Positions 30,136 through 40,263 of a stretch of 64,000 nt of DNA are shown in pieces. The DNA comes from Gammaproteobacteria bacterium. GTDB taxonomy: Bacteria > Pseudomonadota > Gammaproteobacteria > Eutrophobiales > Eutrophobiaceae. The notes under the pieces are model-generated. The model had not been told where the DNA came from. It was given only the letters and a program-made list of their open reading frames with translations, and ran no database searches. The stretch is from NCBI GenBank assembly GCA_021773245.1, contig JAJFKK010000124.1, forward strand, positions 31,336-95,335. Direction: 5' to 3'. The position numbers and the translations under genes were made by a program. Within the stretch, counting starts at the first letter, position 1; the number at the start of each line of letters is the position of its first letter.

Positions 30136-31929
30136 CTAGCTTTCGTTCTCGGTATCAGGTTTATTCGACTTTGCCAATTTAATCCCCAGTTCACGAAGTT
30201 GCCTTGTATTAGCTGCAGATGGCGCAGACGTTAATAAGCAACTCGCGCTTTGTGTTTTTGGAAAGGCAATAACATCACGAATCGAATCGCAACCTGCCAT
30301 TAGCATGACAGTACGATCTAGACCAAAGGCGATACCACCATGTGGCGGACAACCGAATTCAAGCGCGTCTAATAAGAAACCAAATTTTTCTTGTGCTTCT
30401 TCTTCACCAATACCGAGTAATTCCAATACTGCTGATTGCATTTCAGCGTCATGGATACGAATAGAACCGCCGCCGAGTTCTGTGCCGTTTAGTATCATGT
30501 CATAAGCGCGAGATAATGTTTGCCCAGGGTTTTCTTTGATCGATGCAATATCTTTTGTATTCGGCGCAGTAAAAGGATGATGCAGCGAATCCCAACGTTT
30601 TTCATCTTCGTTATATTCAAACATAGGGAAGTCGACAACCCATAATGGTGCCCAGTCTCCTTTAAGTAGATCAAGATCTTCAGCAACTTTATTACGTAGT
30701 GCACCAAGTGCATCGTTAACGACTTTTGTTTTATCCGCGCCAAAGAAAATTAAATCACCATCTTTCGAGTTGGTACGCTCAACTATGTTTGCAGCAACTT
30801 CTTCAGGCAAGAATTTCAATATAGGTGATTGCAAACCTTCTGCGCCAGCCGCGACATCATTAACTTTAATATACGCTAATCCTCTCGCACCATAATTAGC
30901 AACGTATTTGGTATAGTCGTCGATCTGTTTACGTGAAAGCGAGCTTCCGCCAGGAACATGTAATGTCGCAACACGGCCATTTTCCATATTGGCAGGGCCA
31001 GAGAAAACTTTAAATTCAACGTTTTTCATTAAATCGCTGACATCGATTAACTCTAATGGGTTTCTGAGATCCGGTTTATCGCTACCAAAGCGCTCCATTG
31101 CTTCTGCGTAAGTCATGCGCGGGAAAGGCGAAGGTAAATCAACATTCAAAACGTTTTTGAACAGTAAACACATCATTCCTTCCATCATGCCGGTAATTTC
31201 ATCCTCATTCATAAATGAGGTTTCGATATCAAGTTGGGTAAATTCGGGTTGACGATCAGCGCGTAAATCTTCATCACGGAAGCAACGCACGATTTGGTAA
31301 TAACGATCCATGCCGGACATCATTAACAATTGTTTAAATAATTGTGGTGATTGTGGCAGAGCAAAGAAATTTCCTGGATGTGTACGGCTAGGCACTAAAT
31401 AGTCTCGTGCTCCTTCAGGCGTTGCTTTGGTCAACATCGGGGTTTCAATATCGAGGAAACCATTATCGTCAAGATAGTTACGCATTTCTTTAGCAATCTG
31501 CGAACGTAAATGGAGATTACGTTGCATAAAAGGTCGACGTAAATCGATATAACGATAACGTAGTTTTATATCATCATGGACATGTTCGTCGTCCATTTGA
31601 ATCGGTGGTGTTTTAGATTTATTCAGAATTTCTATGTTATGACCCAGAATTTCAATCTCACCTGTAGGCATATCCGGATTAACTGTTCCTTCTGGTCGGG
31701 CACGAACTTTACCGGTAATTTTTATAACAAACTCATTTCTTACGGAATCAGCTATGGCGAAAGGTTCTGCTCGGTCAGGATCAAAAACAATCTGGGCAAT
31801 ACCTTCTCGGTCGCGAAGGTCAATAAAAATGACACCACCGTGGTCTCGGCGACGATGAACCCAACCGCAAAGCTCGATTTCTTGATCAATATGACTACTA
31901 TTTAATTCTCCGCAATAGTGACTGCGCAT
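30136..31929 (-). CDS. aspS: Aspartate--tRNA ligase
   Basis: 597 aa. OB-fold anticodon-binding N-domain and class II motifs, including GGGSIRIH. Confidence 0.95.
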   Translation of the reverse strand: MRSHYCGELNSSHIDQEIELCGWVHRRRDHGGVIFIDLRDREGIAQIVFDPDRAEPFAIADSVRNEFVIKITGKVRARPEGTVNPDMPTGEIEILGHNIEILNKSKTPPIQMDDEHVHDDIKLRYRYIDLRRPFMQRNLHLRSQIAKEMRNYLDDNGFLDIETPMLTKATPEGARDYLVPSRTHPGNFFALPQSPQLFKQLLMMSGMDRYYQIVRCFRDEDLRADRQPEFTQLDIETSFMNEDEITGMMEGMMCLLFKNVLNVDLPSPFPRMTYAEAMERFGSDKPDLRNPLELIDVSDLMKNVEFKVFSGPANMENGRVATLHVPGGSSLSRKQIDDYTKYVANYGARGLAYIKVNDVAAGAEGLQSPILKFLPEEVAANIVERTNSKDGDLIFFGADKTKVVNDALGALRNKVAEDLDLLKGDWAPLWVVDFPMFEYNEDEKRWDSLHHPFTAPNTKDIASIKENPGQTLSRAYDMILNGTELGGGSIRIHDAEMQSAVLELLGIGEEEAQEKFGFLLDALEFGCPPHGGIAFGLDRTVMLMAGCDSIRDVIAFPKTQSASCLLTSAPSAANTRQLRELGIKLAKSNKPDTENES

Positions 31930-32000
31930 TGTTTCTTCCGTCTGGTCTGAATAAGGGGCGGAATAGTACGAGTCGCAAGCCGTTTACGCAACTATAACGG

Positions 32001-32639
32001 TTAAGAAGTAACCTGCTTATTAGGTATTTCAGTGCGAATCGGGCCATCGGGAGTAATAACGCCCATGGAAATGATAAATTTAAAGCCTTCTTCAATAGTC
32101 ATATCCAGTTCGGTGATGTCTTCTCGAGGTGTCATTATGATAAATCCGGAAGTCGGGTTAGGCGTAGTGGGTATAAATACGGCAACTAATCCTTCCGGTA
32201 AGTCATCAATATCGGTGCTGACATTATCATTACTTAGAAAACCTATGCTCCATAGACCTTTGCGTGGATATTGTAGCATCACGACTTTACGAAAAGATTT
32301 GCCTTTGGAATCAAAAAGTGTGGTCGAAATCTGTTTAACACTGTTGTAGATCGTTCTGACTAAAGGAATACGGTTCAATACTGATTCCCAGAAGCCAACT
32401 AGTTTTCGTCCAAATAAATTGGCCGCCAACATGCCTGTTATTAATAGGGTAGATATCGCGAGAATAACGCCGAATCCGGGGATAGAAAAGCCTAAAACCG
32501 TTTCTGGCTGCCATTCTGGGGGCAATAACAAGATGGTCTTATCGAGTAAATCAACAACCAGTTTAACAATGACAACCGTTGCTGCGAGCGGTAACCATAC
32601 AAGTAAGCCAGCAATGAGATATTTTCGTAAAGAACCCAT
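32001..32639 (-). CDS. DUF502-family membrane protein
   Basis: N-terminal TM pair plus conserved DUF502-like core. Recollection only. Confidence 0.6.
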   Translation of the reverse strand: MGSLRKYLIAGLLVWLPLAATVVIVKLVVDLLDKTILLLPPEWQPETVLGFSIPGFGVILAISTLLITGMLAANLFGRKLVGFWESVLNRIPLVRTIYNSVKQISTTLFDSKGKSFRKVVMLQYPRKGLWSIGFLSNDNVSTDIDDLPEGLVAVFIPTTPNPTSGFIIMTPREDITELDMTIEEGFKFIISMGVITPDGPIRTEIPNKQVTS

Positions 32640-32651
32640 TTATTTAAGCTA

Positions 32652-32972
32652 TTACTTTGAATCAGAGCTGTTTGTTGAAGATGGCGAGCTTTTTTTCTCG
32701 GTACTTGCCGTCTTTTTTGTCTCAGAACTTACTGAAGTTTTAGTGTCAGGTTTCGTGCTGCTGCTCTTTTTTTCGTCTTTTTTCGGTTTTTTGTCTTTAA
32801 AATCTGTTTCATACCAACCTGTACCCTTCAACTTGAATGCCGCAGCTGAAACCAGTTTACGAAGACTATCTTTGCCACATTCTGGACAGGTTTTTGCTGG
32901 ATCATCACTAATTTTCTGTAATTTTTCTAATCTGTGATCACATTCATCACATTTATATTCATAAATCGGCAC
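32652..32972 (-). CDS. FmdB-family zinc-ribbon protein
   Basis: [13 protein letters not shown]...CPECG Cys-x2-Cys pairs and Ser/Lys-rich tail. Confidence 0.7.
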   Translation of the reverse strand: MPIYEYKCDECDHRLEKLQKISDDPAKTCPECGKDSLRKLVSAAAFKLKGTGWYETDFKDKKPKKDEKKSSSTKPDTKTSVSSETKKTASTEKKSSPSSTNSSDSK

Positions 32973-33163
32973 TTAAAAGGCTCCATTGTGTTTATGTTTG
33001 TCTTGAATAGGGCAGAAAATAGGGGCATAGACAATTAAAAGCAAGATATAACGACTCTTTAACAGTTTATATTTTACCCACAGGCATTTCTTGGGTATCA
33101 TCGCCGCCTTTGTTGTGCAGGCAAGATCTTCTCCGCCACAGAACATTCATAAAATCTCACACC

Positions 33164-33239
33164 GGGCCGTTAGCTCAGCCGGTAGAGCAGTGGATTTTTA
33201 ATCCATTGGTCGGGCGTTCGAATCGCCCACGGCCCACCA
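33164..33239 (+). tRNA. tRNA-Lys (anticodon TTT)
   Basis: 76-nt cloverleaf GGGCCGTTAGCTCAGCCGGTAGAGCAG..., anticodon loop TTTTTAA, T-arm GTTCGAATC, 3' CCA encoded. Confidence 0.9.
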
Positions 33240-33251
33240 TTTTCTAGATCA

Positions 33252-34334
33252 TTAATTTTTCTTAGAGTTTGAAGGATATAACAATTTCTTAGCATGGATA
33301 AGCTTTCCTGTCTGAGCTGCATTATAGCCGGGCAATTTATTGATTTTATTTTGAAGCTTATTATCTTTGATTATGGCTCGAATTTTATTTTTAAGCTCTT
33401 CAGGCAAAGATTTATTCAAAGCAATAACGTAGGTTTCGTGAATTAACGGCAAGAATGAAAGTTTAAATTGATTAGCTGCGGCTTTTAGCCCAAACCCGAC
33501 ATCAGCTTGACCGCTTGAGATCATTGCCGCTACTGCGGTGTGAGTGAACTCTTCTTTTTTATAGCCATTAATCTTATTTTTGTTGATTCCTTCTGATTTA
33601 ATTAATTGATCGAAAATTGCGCGAGTACCTGAGCCTTGTTGTCGGTTTATAAATTTGATCGCGCGACGTGTGATGCCGGTTAGCTCTTTTAGATGTTTAG
33701 ACAGAGCAGGTTTGAAGATTAGCCCTTGTTGTCTTGTTGCGAGATGGATGTATAGGTGTTTTGTATCATCAAGCAATGGCAGGTATTCAGGCGCTAATTG
33801 TTTCGCAAGGCTGGCATCTGGAAAATGAAAACCGACAATATTATATTTAGAAAACTGTAGTTGCTTAAGGGCATCAAGACTGCCACGCGCATTGAAGTCT
33901 ATCTCCAGGTTTTCTTCTTCACATAAGTCCTGTAAAAAGTTAATAGATAAATCATGACTAGTAAATGCAGTGATTTTTTCCTTTTTATTACTTTGTCCTA
34001 ATAACGTATCAATTTCGATATTTAGTTTATCAGCGCTAGCGTGTAAGGCATCAGCATAGTTCGAATCAATCGCAAGTTTTGTTTGTATTAGTTTTTGACC
34101 TAATGGCGTCAAGCTGGTGCCTTTACCCCTCGCCAAAGTACATAACGGAGTATTAAACGCGTCGTTCCAGTGGCGGATGATTTCCCAAGCTGTGCGGTAA
34201 GAGATGCCGACATCAACAGCTGCTGCTTGTAATGAAGCAGTTAGATTAATGCTTGCTAATAGATCTAATAATCGCGGATCTAACTCTTGTTCTGAATCAG
34301 AAATTAGCCAGCGCACGTCAAAGTCGATCTTCAT
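33252..34334 (-). CDS. ModE-N-terminal-like winged-HTH regulator fused to a periplasmic-binding-protein-like domain (one-component oxyanion sensor)
   Basis: N-terminus LQAAAVDVGISYRTAWEII...RGKGTSLTPLGQKLI matches the ModE HTH. The C-terminal about 230 aa resembles a type-2 PBP fold. Lies divergent to the porin/TupA pair. Confidence 0.65.
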   Translation of the reverse strand: MKIDFDVRWLISDSEQELDPRLLDLLASINLTASLQAAAVDVGISYRTAWEIIRHWNDAFNTPLCTLARGKGTSLTPLGQKLIQTKLAIDSNYADALHASADKLNIEIDTLLGQSNKKEKITAFTSHDLSINFLQDLCEEENLEIDFNARGSLDALKQLQFSKYNIVGFHFPDASLAKQLAPEYLPLLDDTKHLYIHLATRQQGLIFKPALSKHLKELTGITRRAIKFINRQQGSGTRAIFDQLIKSEGINKNKINGYKKEEFTHTAVAAMISSGQADVGFGLKAAANQFKLSFLPLIHETYVIALNKSLPEELKNKIRAIIKDNKLQNKINKLPGYNAAQTGKLIHAKKLLYPSNSKKN

Positions 34335-34433
34335 TTATATGCAATATCCTTCATATTTAGTTTTAAAATATTAACGCTAATATAGAGAATAATAAAACAA
34401 TATATATGTAATATATTGCATATATTTAGGTGA

Positions 34434-35834
34434 TTGAGGATTTTTAAAATGAAAAAATTAAGATTTGTTACTTTGCTCTTATCGATAATTGCGATTTTAT
34501 CAACGTCAGTAGCCCATGCTGGAACCAATCAAGCATTGGTAGAATTGTTAAAGGCATTAGAAGAAAACGGAACGATAAGTAAAGATGTTTATGAATTGGT
34601 TGTTGAAGTTGCCAATCAGGGAGAAACAAATCAAGCAAAAGCTATTGTAGCAAAAGAAGATGTGAAGAAGATGATTCAGGAAGAAGTGAAAGTTGTTGCA
34701 AAGAAACAGGCTAAAGATCAGCCAAAAATAACAATGAAGGATAAGTTTGTTGTTGAATCGGGTGACGGTGATTTCAGTTTACGTGTCGGAGGCCGAATAC
34801 AAGCCGACGCAGCAGCTTATTCAGAAGATATTCGTCGGCAAAATGATGGAACAGAAATGCGAAGAGCGCGTTTATTTGTACAGGGAAAATTTTGGGATGC
34901 CTGGAAATATAAGTTGCAATATGATTTTGTAAATACAGGTAGCGCCGGAATTGCAGATGCCTATCTTCAATATGCCGGAATGCCTTGGAAAGTTACGGTA
35001 GGCCATTTCAAACAGCCTTTCAGTTTGCAAAACATGACTAGCTCAAAATACATAACCTTTACAGAACGTGGTTTGCCACATTTGTTTACACCTGGACGTG
35101 CAATAGGTGTCGGCGCTGGCCGTAGTGGAAACAATTGGAGCTTGAACGCCGGTATATTTGGTGAAGGGATTGACGCAGCTAGCGGTGATGAAGATGAAGG
35201 CTTCGCGTTGACGGGTCGTGCAAGCTATGCACCGATATTAAATAAACAACAGCATTTACATCTTGGTTCATCACTTTCTTATCGCAATAGTGGCTCAAAC
35301 GATACTCTTACTTTTCGTGACCGCCCAGAATCACATGTGACTAATGTGCGTGAAGTTAATACCGGTTCGATCAATGCGGATTCAAATTTACGTGCTGTAG
35401 CTGAGCTTGCATACACGTATGGACCATTTTCGTTGCAAGGTGAATATTATTATGTCGATATAGATCGAGATTCAGCGACACTCTCTGATCTAGATTTTTC
35501 AGGTTATTACGCTGAAGGTAGCTGGTTTTTAACCGATGACATGCGTAATTACAGTGGTAGAAAAGGTTCATATGGAAAAATCAAACCAGGATCAGTTGTA
35601 GGAAAAGGCGGTTTAGGGGCATGGCAATTGGCAATGCGTTTTAGCAGCGTTGATTTAAATGACGCAGACATAGCAGGGGGTGAAGAACAAAATTTTAGTT
35701 TGGGCATGAATTGGTTTGCTACAAATAATATTCGTATGAGTGCTAACTATGTCAAAGTGCTAGATGTTAAAGGTGGTGCCGGTGATGGTGATGAGCCAGA
35801 AGCTTTTCAGGTACGCGCTCAAGCTGAATTCTAG
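34434..35834 (+). CDS. OprO/OprP-family anion-selective porin
   Basis: 466 aa, signal peptide, beta-barrel periodicity, C-terminal aromatic residue. Resembles phosphate-selective porins. Confidence 0.7.
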   Translation: MRIFKMKKLRFVTLLLSIIAILSTSVAHAGTNQALVELLKALEENGTISKDVYELVVEVANQGETNQAKAIVAKEDVKKMIQEEVKVVAKKQAKDQPKITMKDKFVVESGDGDFSLRVGGRIQADAAAYSEDIRRQNDGTEMRRARLFVQGKFWDAWKYKLQYDFVNTGSAGIADAYLQYAGMPWKVTVGHFKQPFSLQNMTSSKYITFTERGLPHLFTPGRAIGVGAGRSGNNWSLNAGIFGEGIDAASGDEDEGFALTGRASYAPILNKQQHLHLGSSLSYRNSGSNDTLTFRDRPESHVTNVREVNTGSINADSNLRAVAELAYTYGPFSLQGEYYYVDIDRDSATLSDLDFSGYYAEGSWFLTDDMRNYSGRKGSYGKIKPGSVVGKGGLGAWQLAMRFSSVDLNDADIAGGEEQNFSLGMNWFATNNIRMSANYVKVLDVKGGAGDGDEPEAFQVRAQAEF

Positions 35835-35869
35835 TTTTAGTAAATAATGAGAATCAAAGGAATATATAA

Positions 35870-36679
35870 ATGAAAAGTTTTTTATCATCAAGTTTGTTAA
35901 TCTTGTTGTTAGGTGTTTCTTTCCAGTCAGTTGCGGAAGTGGAACGATTAAAAATGGCAACAACGACCAGCACAGATAACTCAGGTTTGTTAGCGGTTTT
36001 AAATCCACCGTTTGAAAAAAAATATGATGTTAAATTAGATATTATTTCTGTAGGAACAGGCAAAGCAATACGGCTCGGTAAAAATGGGGATGTAGACTTT
36101 ATTCTCGTTCATGCGCCGGGAGCAGAAAAGGAATTTGTTGATGAAGGTTATGGCGTTGAGCGTGAACCTGTTATGCATAATGATTTTGTTATTGTTGGTC
36201 CTGCAAATGATCCAGTTGATTTAAAAAGTGCTAAGAATATTACTGATGCAATGAAGAAGTTATTGGAAAAAGAAGCTATCTTTGTCTCGAGGGGTGATGA
36301 TTCAGGCACGCATAAAAAAGAAAAAAATCTTTGGAGCAAGGTAGGAGGTGAACCTTCAGGTGTGTGGTATCTGGCTGTTGGTCAAGGTATGGGAGTTGTA
36401 TTAAGAATTGCTGATGATAAAGAAGCTTATACATTGACAGATAGAGGTACTTATTTAGCATACAAAGATAAAATGAAACTGAAAGTGTTATATGGAAATG
36501 ATGAAGCGTTATTCAATCCTTATCATGTGATTATGGTGAACCCAGAAAAACATCCGCATACAAAAATTGATCTGGCTAGAAAATATTCAGAATTTATTCG
36601 TGGTGAAGAAGGGCAAGCGTTAATACAAAATTTTAAAGTAAATGGTGAGTTGTTATTTCATCCAGACGTAATCAAATAA
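35870..36679 (+). CDS. tupA: TupA-like tungstate/oxyanion periplasmic binding protein; orphan, no permease or ATPase adjacent
   Basis: Signal peptide, then TTTSTDNSGLL, which matches the TupA tungstate-binding signature TTTSxxxSGLL. Confidence 0.7.
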   Translation: MKSFLSSSLLILLLGVSFQSVAEVERLKMATTTSTDNSGLLAVLNPPFEKKYDVKLDIISVGTGKAIRLGKNGDVDFILVHAPGAEKEFVDEGYGVEREPVMHNDFVIVGPANDPVDLKSAKNITDAMKKLLEKEAIFVSRGDDSGTHKKEKNLWSKVGGEPSGVWYLAVGQGMGVVLRIADDKEAYTLTDRGTYLAYKDKMKLKVLYGNDEALFNPYHVIMVNPEKHPHTKIDLARKYSEFIRGEEGQALIQNFKVNGELLFHPDVIK

Positions 36680-36710
36680 GCTCATCGCACAATTGTTATT
36701 TTGTCCTCTG

Positions 36711-36775
36711 GTGTCGTTAAAACTGTACTCAATCGGTCACTTATATGCATAAGCTCCCTCTCTCCGTGCAGTTTT
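36711..36775. terminator. Hairpin between convergent tupA-like and CPBP protease genes
   Basis: ttaaaactgtac ... gtgcagtttt arms with a tatgcata palindrome in the loop. Confidence 0.3.
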
Positions 36776-36834
36776 GCCTAACCAGTGAACAAAATTCCTG
36801 CTTGTGCAAAGACCTTATGCAATTTTAAAAATGC

Positions 36835-37710
36835 TTACTTGATCTTCTTTTGTATTTTTACGAAATAAAATATTGTAAATAGAAAAATAATAATGAAGCT
36901 AATCCAGCCAAATGTTGAATTATATTGGCTGACTAAATAATCATAAGTGCCACCATAGGTTCTATTGGTGGTGTAGTCAGAAATTTTTATCAGCATAACA
37001 ATGCCGGCATGTACCCCAATGCAGGCAGAGATGCTTTTATGCTTTAAGCGGAGCAACGCTAGTAACACACCAAAGATAAACAGTGTTGAAAAATAATCAA
37101 TGATAGACCATTCGTGAAAACGGCGGAATGCCTCTGGCATCATTGTTAGTCCGGTAGTCCAGCCTATTTCACTGTCAGCAGGAATATCGCGATAACGAAT
37201 AAAATGTACTGCCGCATAGACTAAGCTTGAAAAGAAAGTAGCTATGACGGCACCTGTTTCTTTATATAAACCAGTAAACAACGCGCCGCGGAATATAGAC
37301 TCTTCGATAGTCGCAATTAAAACGCCAACAATAATAGCCTTGGTTATTAGTAGTAGAATCGAATCTATAGAGTAATTACGAGTAGTGTCTATTTCATGTA
37401 TGCCAAGTAAAAAAAGTACTATTTCGATCAATAGCATAATACTCAAGCCGTAAACAAAGCCATTAAACATACCTTTTAAAAAAGTAATAAACTTTTCGTT
37501 ATAACCGAATGCTTTAAATGAAAGTAAGTTATAAAGTTGTAAATAAATGCCGCTGATAACCAAGCCGCTAATTAAAGTTGCGTAAGTCAGGTATTTACGA
37601 AAAGCGAGTTCAAGTACTGGATCGAGTAATAGTTTTAAAGGGTAGGCTAATACCGCACCAACAATAAAGGCGAGTACGATGAATAAGCAAAAAACGATTA
37701 TGGCGCGCAT
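36835..37710 (-). CDS. CPBP-family intramembrane metalloprotease (CAAX protease-like)
   Basis: Multi-TM protein with EESIFRGALF (EExxxR) and downstream His motifs. Confidence 0.7.
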   Translation of the reverse strand: MRAIIVFCLFIVLAFIVGAVLAYPLKLLLDPVLELAFRKYLTYATLISGLVISGIYLQLYNLLSFKAFGYNEKFITFLKGMFNGFVYGLSIMLLIEIVLFLLGIHEIDTTRNYSIDSILLLITKAIIVGVLIATIEESIFRGALFTGLYKETGAVIATFFSSLVYAAVHFIRYRDIPADSEIGWTTGLTMMPEAFRRFHEWSIIDYFSTLFIFGVLLALLRLKHKSISACIGVHAGIVMLIKISDYTTNRTYGGTYDYLVSQYNSTFGWISFIIIFLFTIFYFVKIQKKIK

Positions 37711-37734
37711 GAGGTTGTTTCTGGATAATTGAGA

Positions 37735-38049
37735 CTAATTAATTAATGTCTCGAATTTATCAGTCTTATCTTGAGTGTCAAGCCAGCTAAGCTCTAGTTT
37801 GTCTCCAGCTTTTGCTCCTGCAAACATGAATGAAAGGTAAGGGTTTTTAGAAACAGCTCGGCTCCAATCACAAGAAAATACGATTTGATCATTATGTTTT
37901 ACTGTAACAAGTTTAATGAAATGTGCAGGGACAAGATTTCCGCTATCTATGTCAACTCTGAAACCCGTTTCCATCGGGTGGCGTATAATCGCGCGTACCG
38001 TAGTAATATTATTCCTGGTTTTAGTTTTTAAACGAATCGAAGAAGACAT
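37735..38049 (-). CDS. soxZ: Thiosulfate-oxidation carrier complex protein SoxZ
   Basis: 104 aa with a SoxZ-like sequence. Immediately follows soxY. Confidence 0.85.
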   Translation of the reverse strand: MSSSIRLKTKTRNNITTVRAIIRHPMETGFRVDIDSGNLVPAHFIKLVTVKHNDQIVFSCDWSRAVSKNPYLSFMFAGAKAGDKLELSWLDTQDKTDKFETLIN

Positions 38050-38498
38050 TATCCGCAGCCTCCCTCGTGAACTTCAACGAATGTTTTTGTTGAAAAAAAC
38101 TTTCCATTTGATTTTACGATAACAATGATGTCTGAGGGTTGTTCCATTTTTATTCGCGTAGAGACAAAGCCAACACAACCAGGGGAAAGATCAAAGTTTG
38201 CAATTAATGGCGTTGGGTTTTTATCAACAAAAATCGTAATAGATTCAAGATTGGATAAATTAGTATTTATTTTTAGTGGTACGACAGCCCCATTTTCGAC
38301 TTCAGGGTGTACGCCTATTTTAATCTGATCGGTTTCTTCAAATTGTTGTTCTGGAAAGTAACTATTAATAGCATGGTTATAATCGGTGGCATCAAATGCC
38401 TCTTGGTTCCATTTTGCCAAAGCAGATAGCGGCTTAAGCAAGCCAAATAATAAGGTTGAACCAGATGCAAGGTACTGAAGGAGTTCTCTACGTAACAT
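38049..38498 (-). CDS. soxY: Sulfur carrier protein SoxY
   Basis: Tat signal RRELL and C-terminal GGCG carrier-cysteine motif. Confidence 0.85.
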   Translation of the reverse strand: MLRRELLQYLASGSTLLFGLLKPLSALAKWNQEAFDATDYNHAINSYFPEQQFEETDQIKIGVHPEVENGAVVPLKINTNLSNLESITIFVDKNPTPLIANFDLSPGCVGFVSTRIKMEQPSDIIVIVKSNGKFFSTKTFVEVHEGGCG

Positions 38499-38499
38499 T

Positions 38500-39996
38500 T
38501 TATAAGTTTAGGTTTTCTTCTAGTTCCAGTTCGTACTCAAATTCAGCCAGACGTGCTGTTGCACGTTGTTCTTGATAATAATCGAGTTTGTATTGTTGTT
38601 TTATGAATTTAAGCTTATCGATAGCAAGTTTGGTATTGGCAGCAAGAAAATAATATTCGGCTTGTATAAAAGCTGTTTCAATTTCATTGCCCAGCATAGC
38701 TTCCGCCTGACCCAATAAAGAATATGTATTTAAATCATGAGAATAATGGCGTTCATAATTTTTTAATATATCTCTTGCTTCCTTTGCTTTTTTTACATCA
38801 AGTAGGGCACGGCTATATGCCTTAATGACAGGTTTGTAGTCAGGGAATAATTGGTAAGCTTTTTTGAAAATGGTAAAAGCAGCATCATAATTTGATTGTT
38901 TGGTTTGTAATTTAGCTGCTAATAAAAGATAAGCGATATTATCAGTGTCATCTTTTAATAAATAATCAATTTGTTGTTTTGCACGAACATAATCGCTATC
39001 AATAATATAGGCATAAGCTAAACCATAACGAATCGGTAACTTATCTTTTGCTGTGCCTGTATTTTTATTAAGTTCTCCGCGTAGATGGTTTGCCGCTTCT
39101 TTTCCGGTTTTGAATGAACCGACGAGTAATTTGTAACGAATTAATTCATAAGAGTGAGTATTCTCATAAACTTTCTCCGGATATTCTTCTGCACGAGCGA
39201 TTGAGTCCGAAATACGAGATGTCGTTAACGGGTGCGAGCGCAAAAATTCTGGTGCAGCGCTTTGAGAGTATCGAGAAATACGCTGTAATGTTTCAAAAAA
39301 TCCCGGCATACCGCGTGGGTTAAAATTAGCTCTTACTAGCGTTTGCATGCCGACGCGATCTGCTTCTTCTTCATTTGCGCGAGTAAAGTTAATCTGGTTT
39401 TGTGTGCTTAAACCTGTGACGCTTGCTAATGCTGCCGCACCCGCTTCAGGGTTGACGACTGCAACAAGAATAGCACCGACCATTGCTGCGGCTGTAGGTA
39501 TGCTAAGTAAACTTTGTTGTTCAAACTGGCGTGCGAGATGTCGTTGCGTAACGTGAGCGATTTCATGCGCCATTACTGCCGCTAATTCACTTTCGTTGCT
39601 TGAGTTGAGAATAACGCCACTATTAATGCCTATTACACCACCGGGGCCGGCAAATGCATTAATGGCGGTGTTGTTAACAACAAAAAAGGTGAATGACTGC
39701 TCTGCATTGTCACTATGAGAAGCAAGTTGATAACCGATAGATTGAATATATGACTCTACTTCTGGATCATTTACAACACGTTCAAACTGGCGAACCTGAT
39801 TTAGAAAAAGTTTTCCTAGTCGTCGTTCAAATTCTGGTGAGACGACACTCCCTGCGGAATCACCGAAATCGGGTAAATCATCTGTCGCCGCAGCGAAAGC
39901 CAGGATCGGTATTAGGATAAGAAAGGTGAACGTTGATTTTAAGTAACGTCGTTGTATTTTTATAAGAAATTGCATAAATCTAATATGGTGTTGCAT
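38500..39996 (-). CDS. bepA: M48 zinc metalloprotease with TPR domain (BepA/YfgC-like)
   Basis: HEIAHVTQRH zinc motif plus C-terminal TPR repeats. Signal peptide present. Confidence 0.8.
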   Translation of the reverse strand: MQHHIRFMQFLIKIQRRYLKSTFTFLILIPILAFAAATDDLPDFGDSAGSVVSPEFERRLGKLFLNQVRQFERVVNDPEVESYIQSIGYQLASHSDNAEQSFTFFVVNNTAINAFAGPGGVIGINSGVILNSSNESELAAVMAHEIAHVTQRHLARQFEQQSLLSIPTAAAMVGAILVAVVNPEAGAAALASVTGLSTQNQINFTRANEEEADRVGMQTLVRANFNPRGMPGFFETLQRISRYSQSAAPEFLRSHPLTTSRISDSIARAEEYPEKVYENTHSYELIRYKLLVGSFKTGKEAANHLRGELNKNTGTAKDKLPIRYGLAYAYIIDSDYVRAKQQIDYLLKDDTDNIAYLLLAAKLQTKQSNYDAAFTIFKKAYQLFPDYKPVIKAYSRALLDVKKAKEARDILKNYERHYSHDLNTYSLLGQAEAMLGNEIETAFIQAEYYFLAANTKLAIDKLKFIKQQYKLDYYQEQRATARLAEFEYELELEENLNL

Positions 39997-40046
39997 CCTA
40001 TAGCAACATATTATCTCTCGTTTGCTTTATCATTACAGTTTATACC

Positions 40047-40197
40047 CATGATACTTCGAAATGCAGGTTTATAGCACGCCTGTTTTCATCCAGAGCTGCG
40101 TTGCTCCTCCTTACAGGGAGCGGCCATGTGCGTCGTCTCGTCTAGCTCTGTATAAAAACAAACGCACTCTAAATCCAGCATTTCGAAGTATCATAGG
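40047..40197. repeat. About 150-bp element bounded by near-perfect 20-bp inverted repeats, upstream of pfp
   Basis: catgatacttcgaaatgcagg (40047-40067) versus ccagcatttcgaagtatcatag (40175-40196), with a 16-bp exact core. Internal sub-palindromes cagagct/agctctg and gctcc/ggagc. Confidence 0.45.
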
Positions 40198-40263
40198 TAT
40201 CTCACAACAAATAGACCGTATTTATTGCGATTTGTTTAAAAATATATCAGGAGAATTAAGAAT

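Noticed and set aside
32419-32937. 172-aa plus-strand ORF spanning the DUF502 and FmdB genes
   Set aside because: Antisense to two conserved genes.
33164-37710. Possible genomic island integrated at tRNA-Lys
   Set aside because: No integrase, transposase or direct repeat of the tRNA 3' end was found. Gene content (regulator, porin, binding protein, protease) can be ordinary chromosomal.
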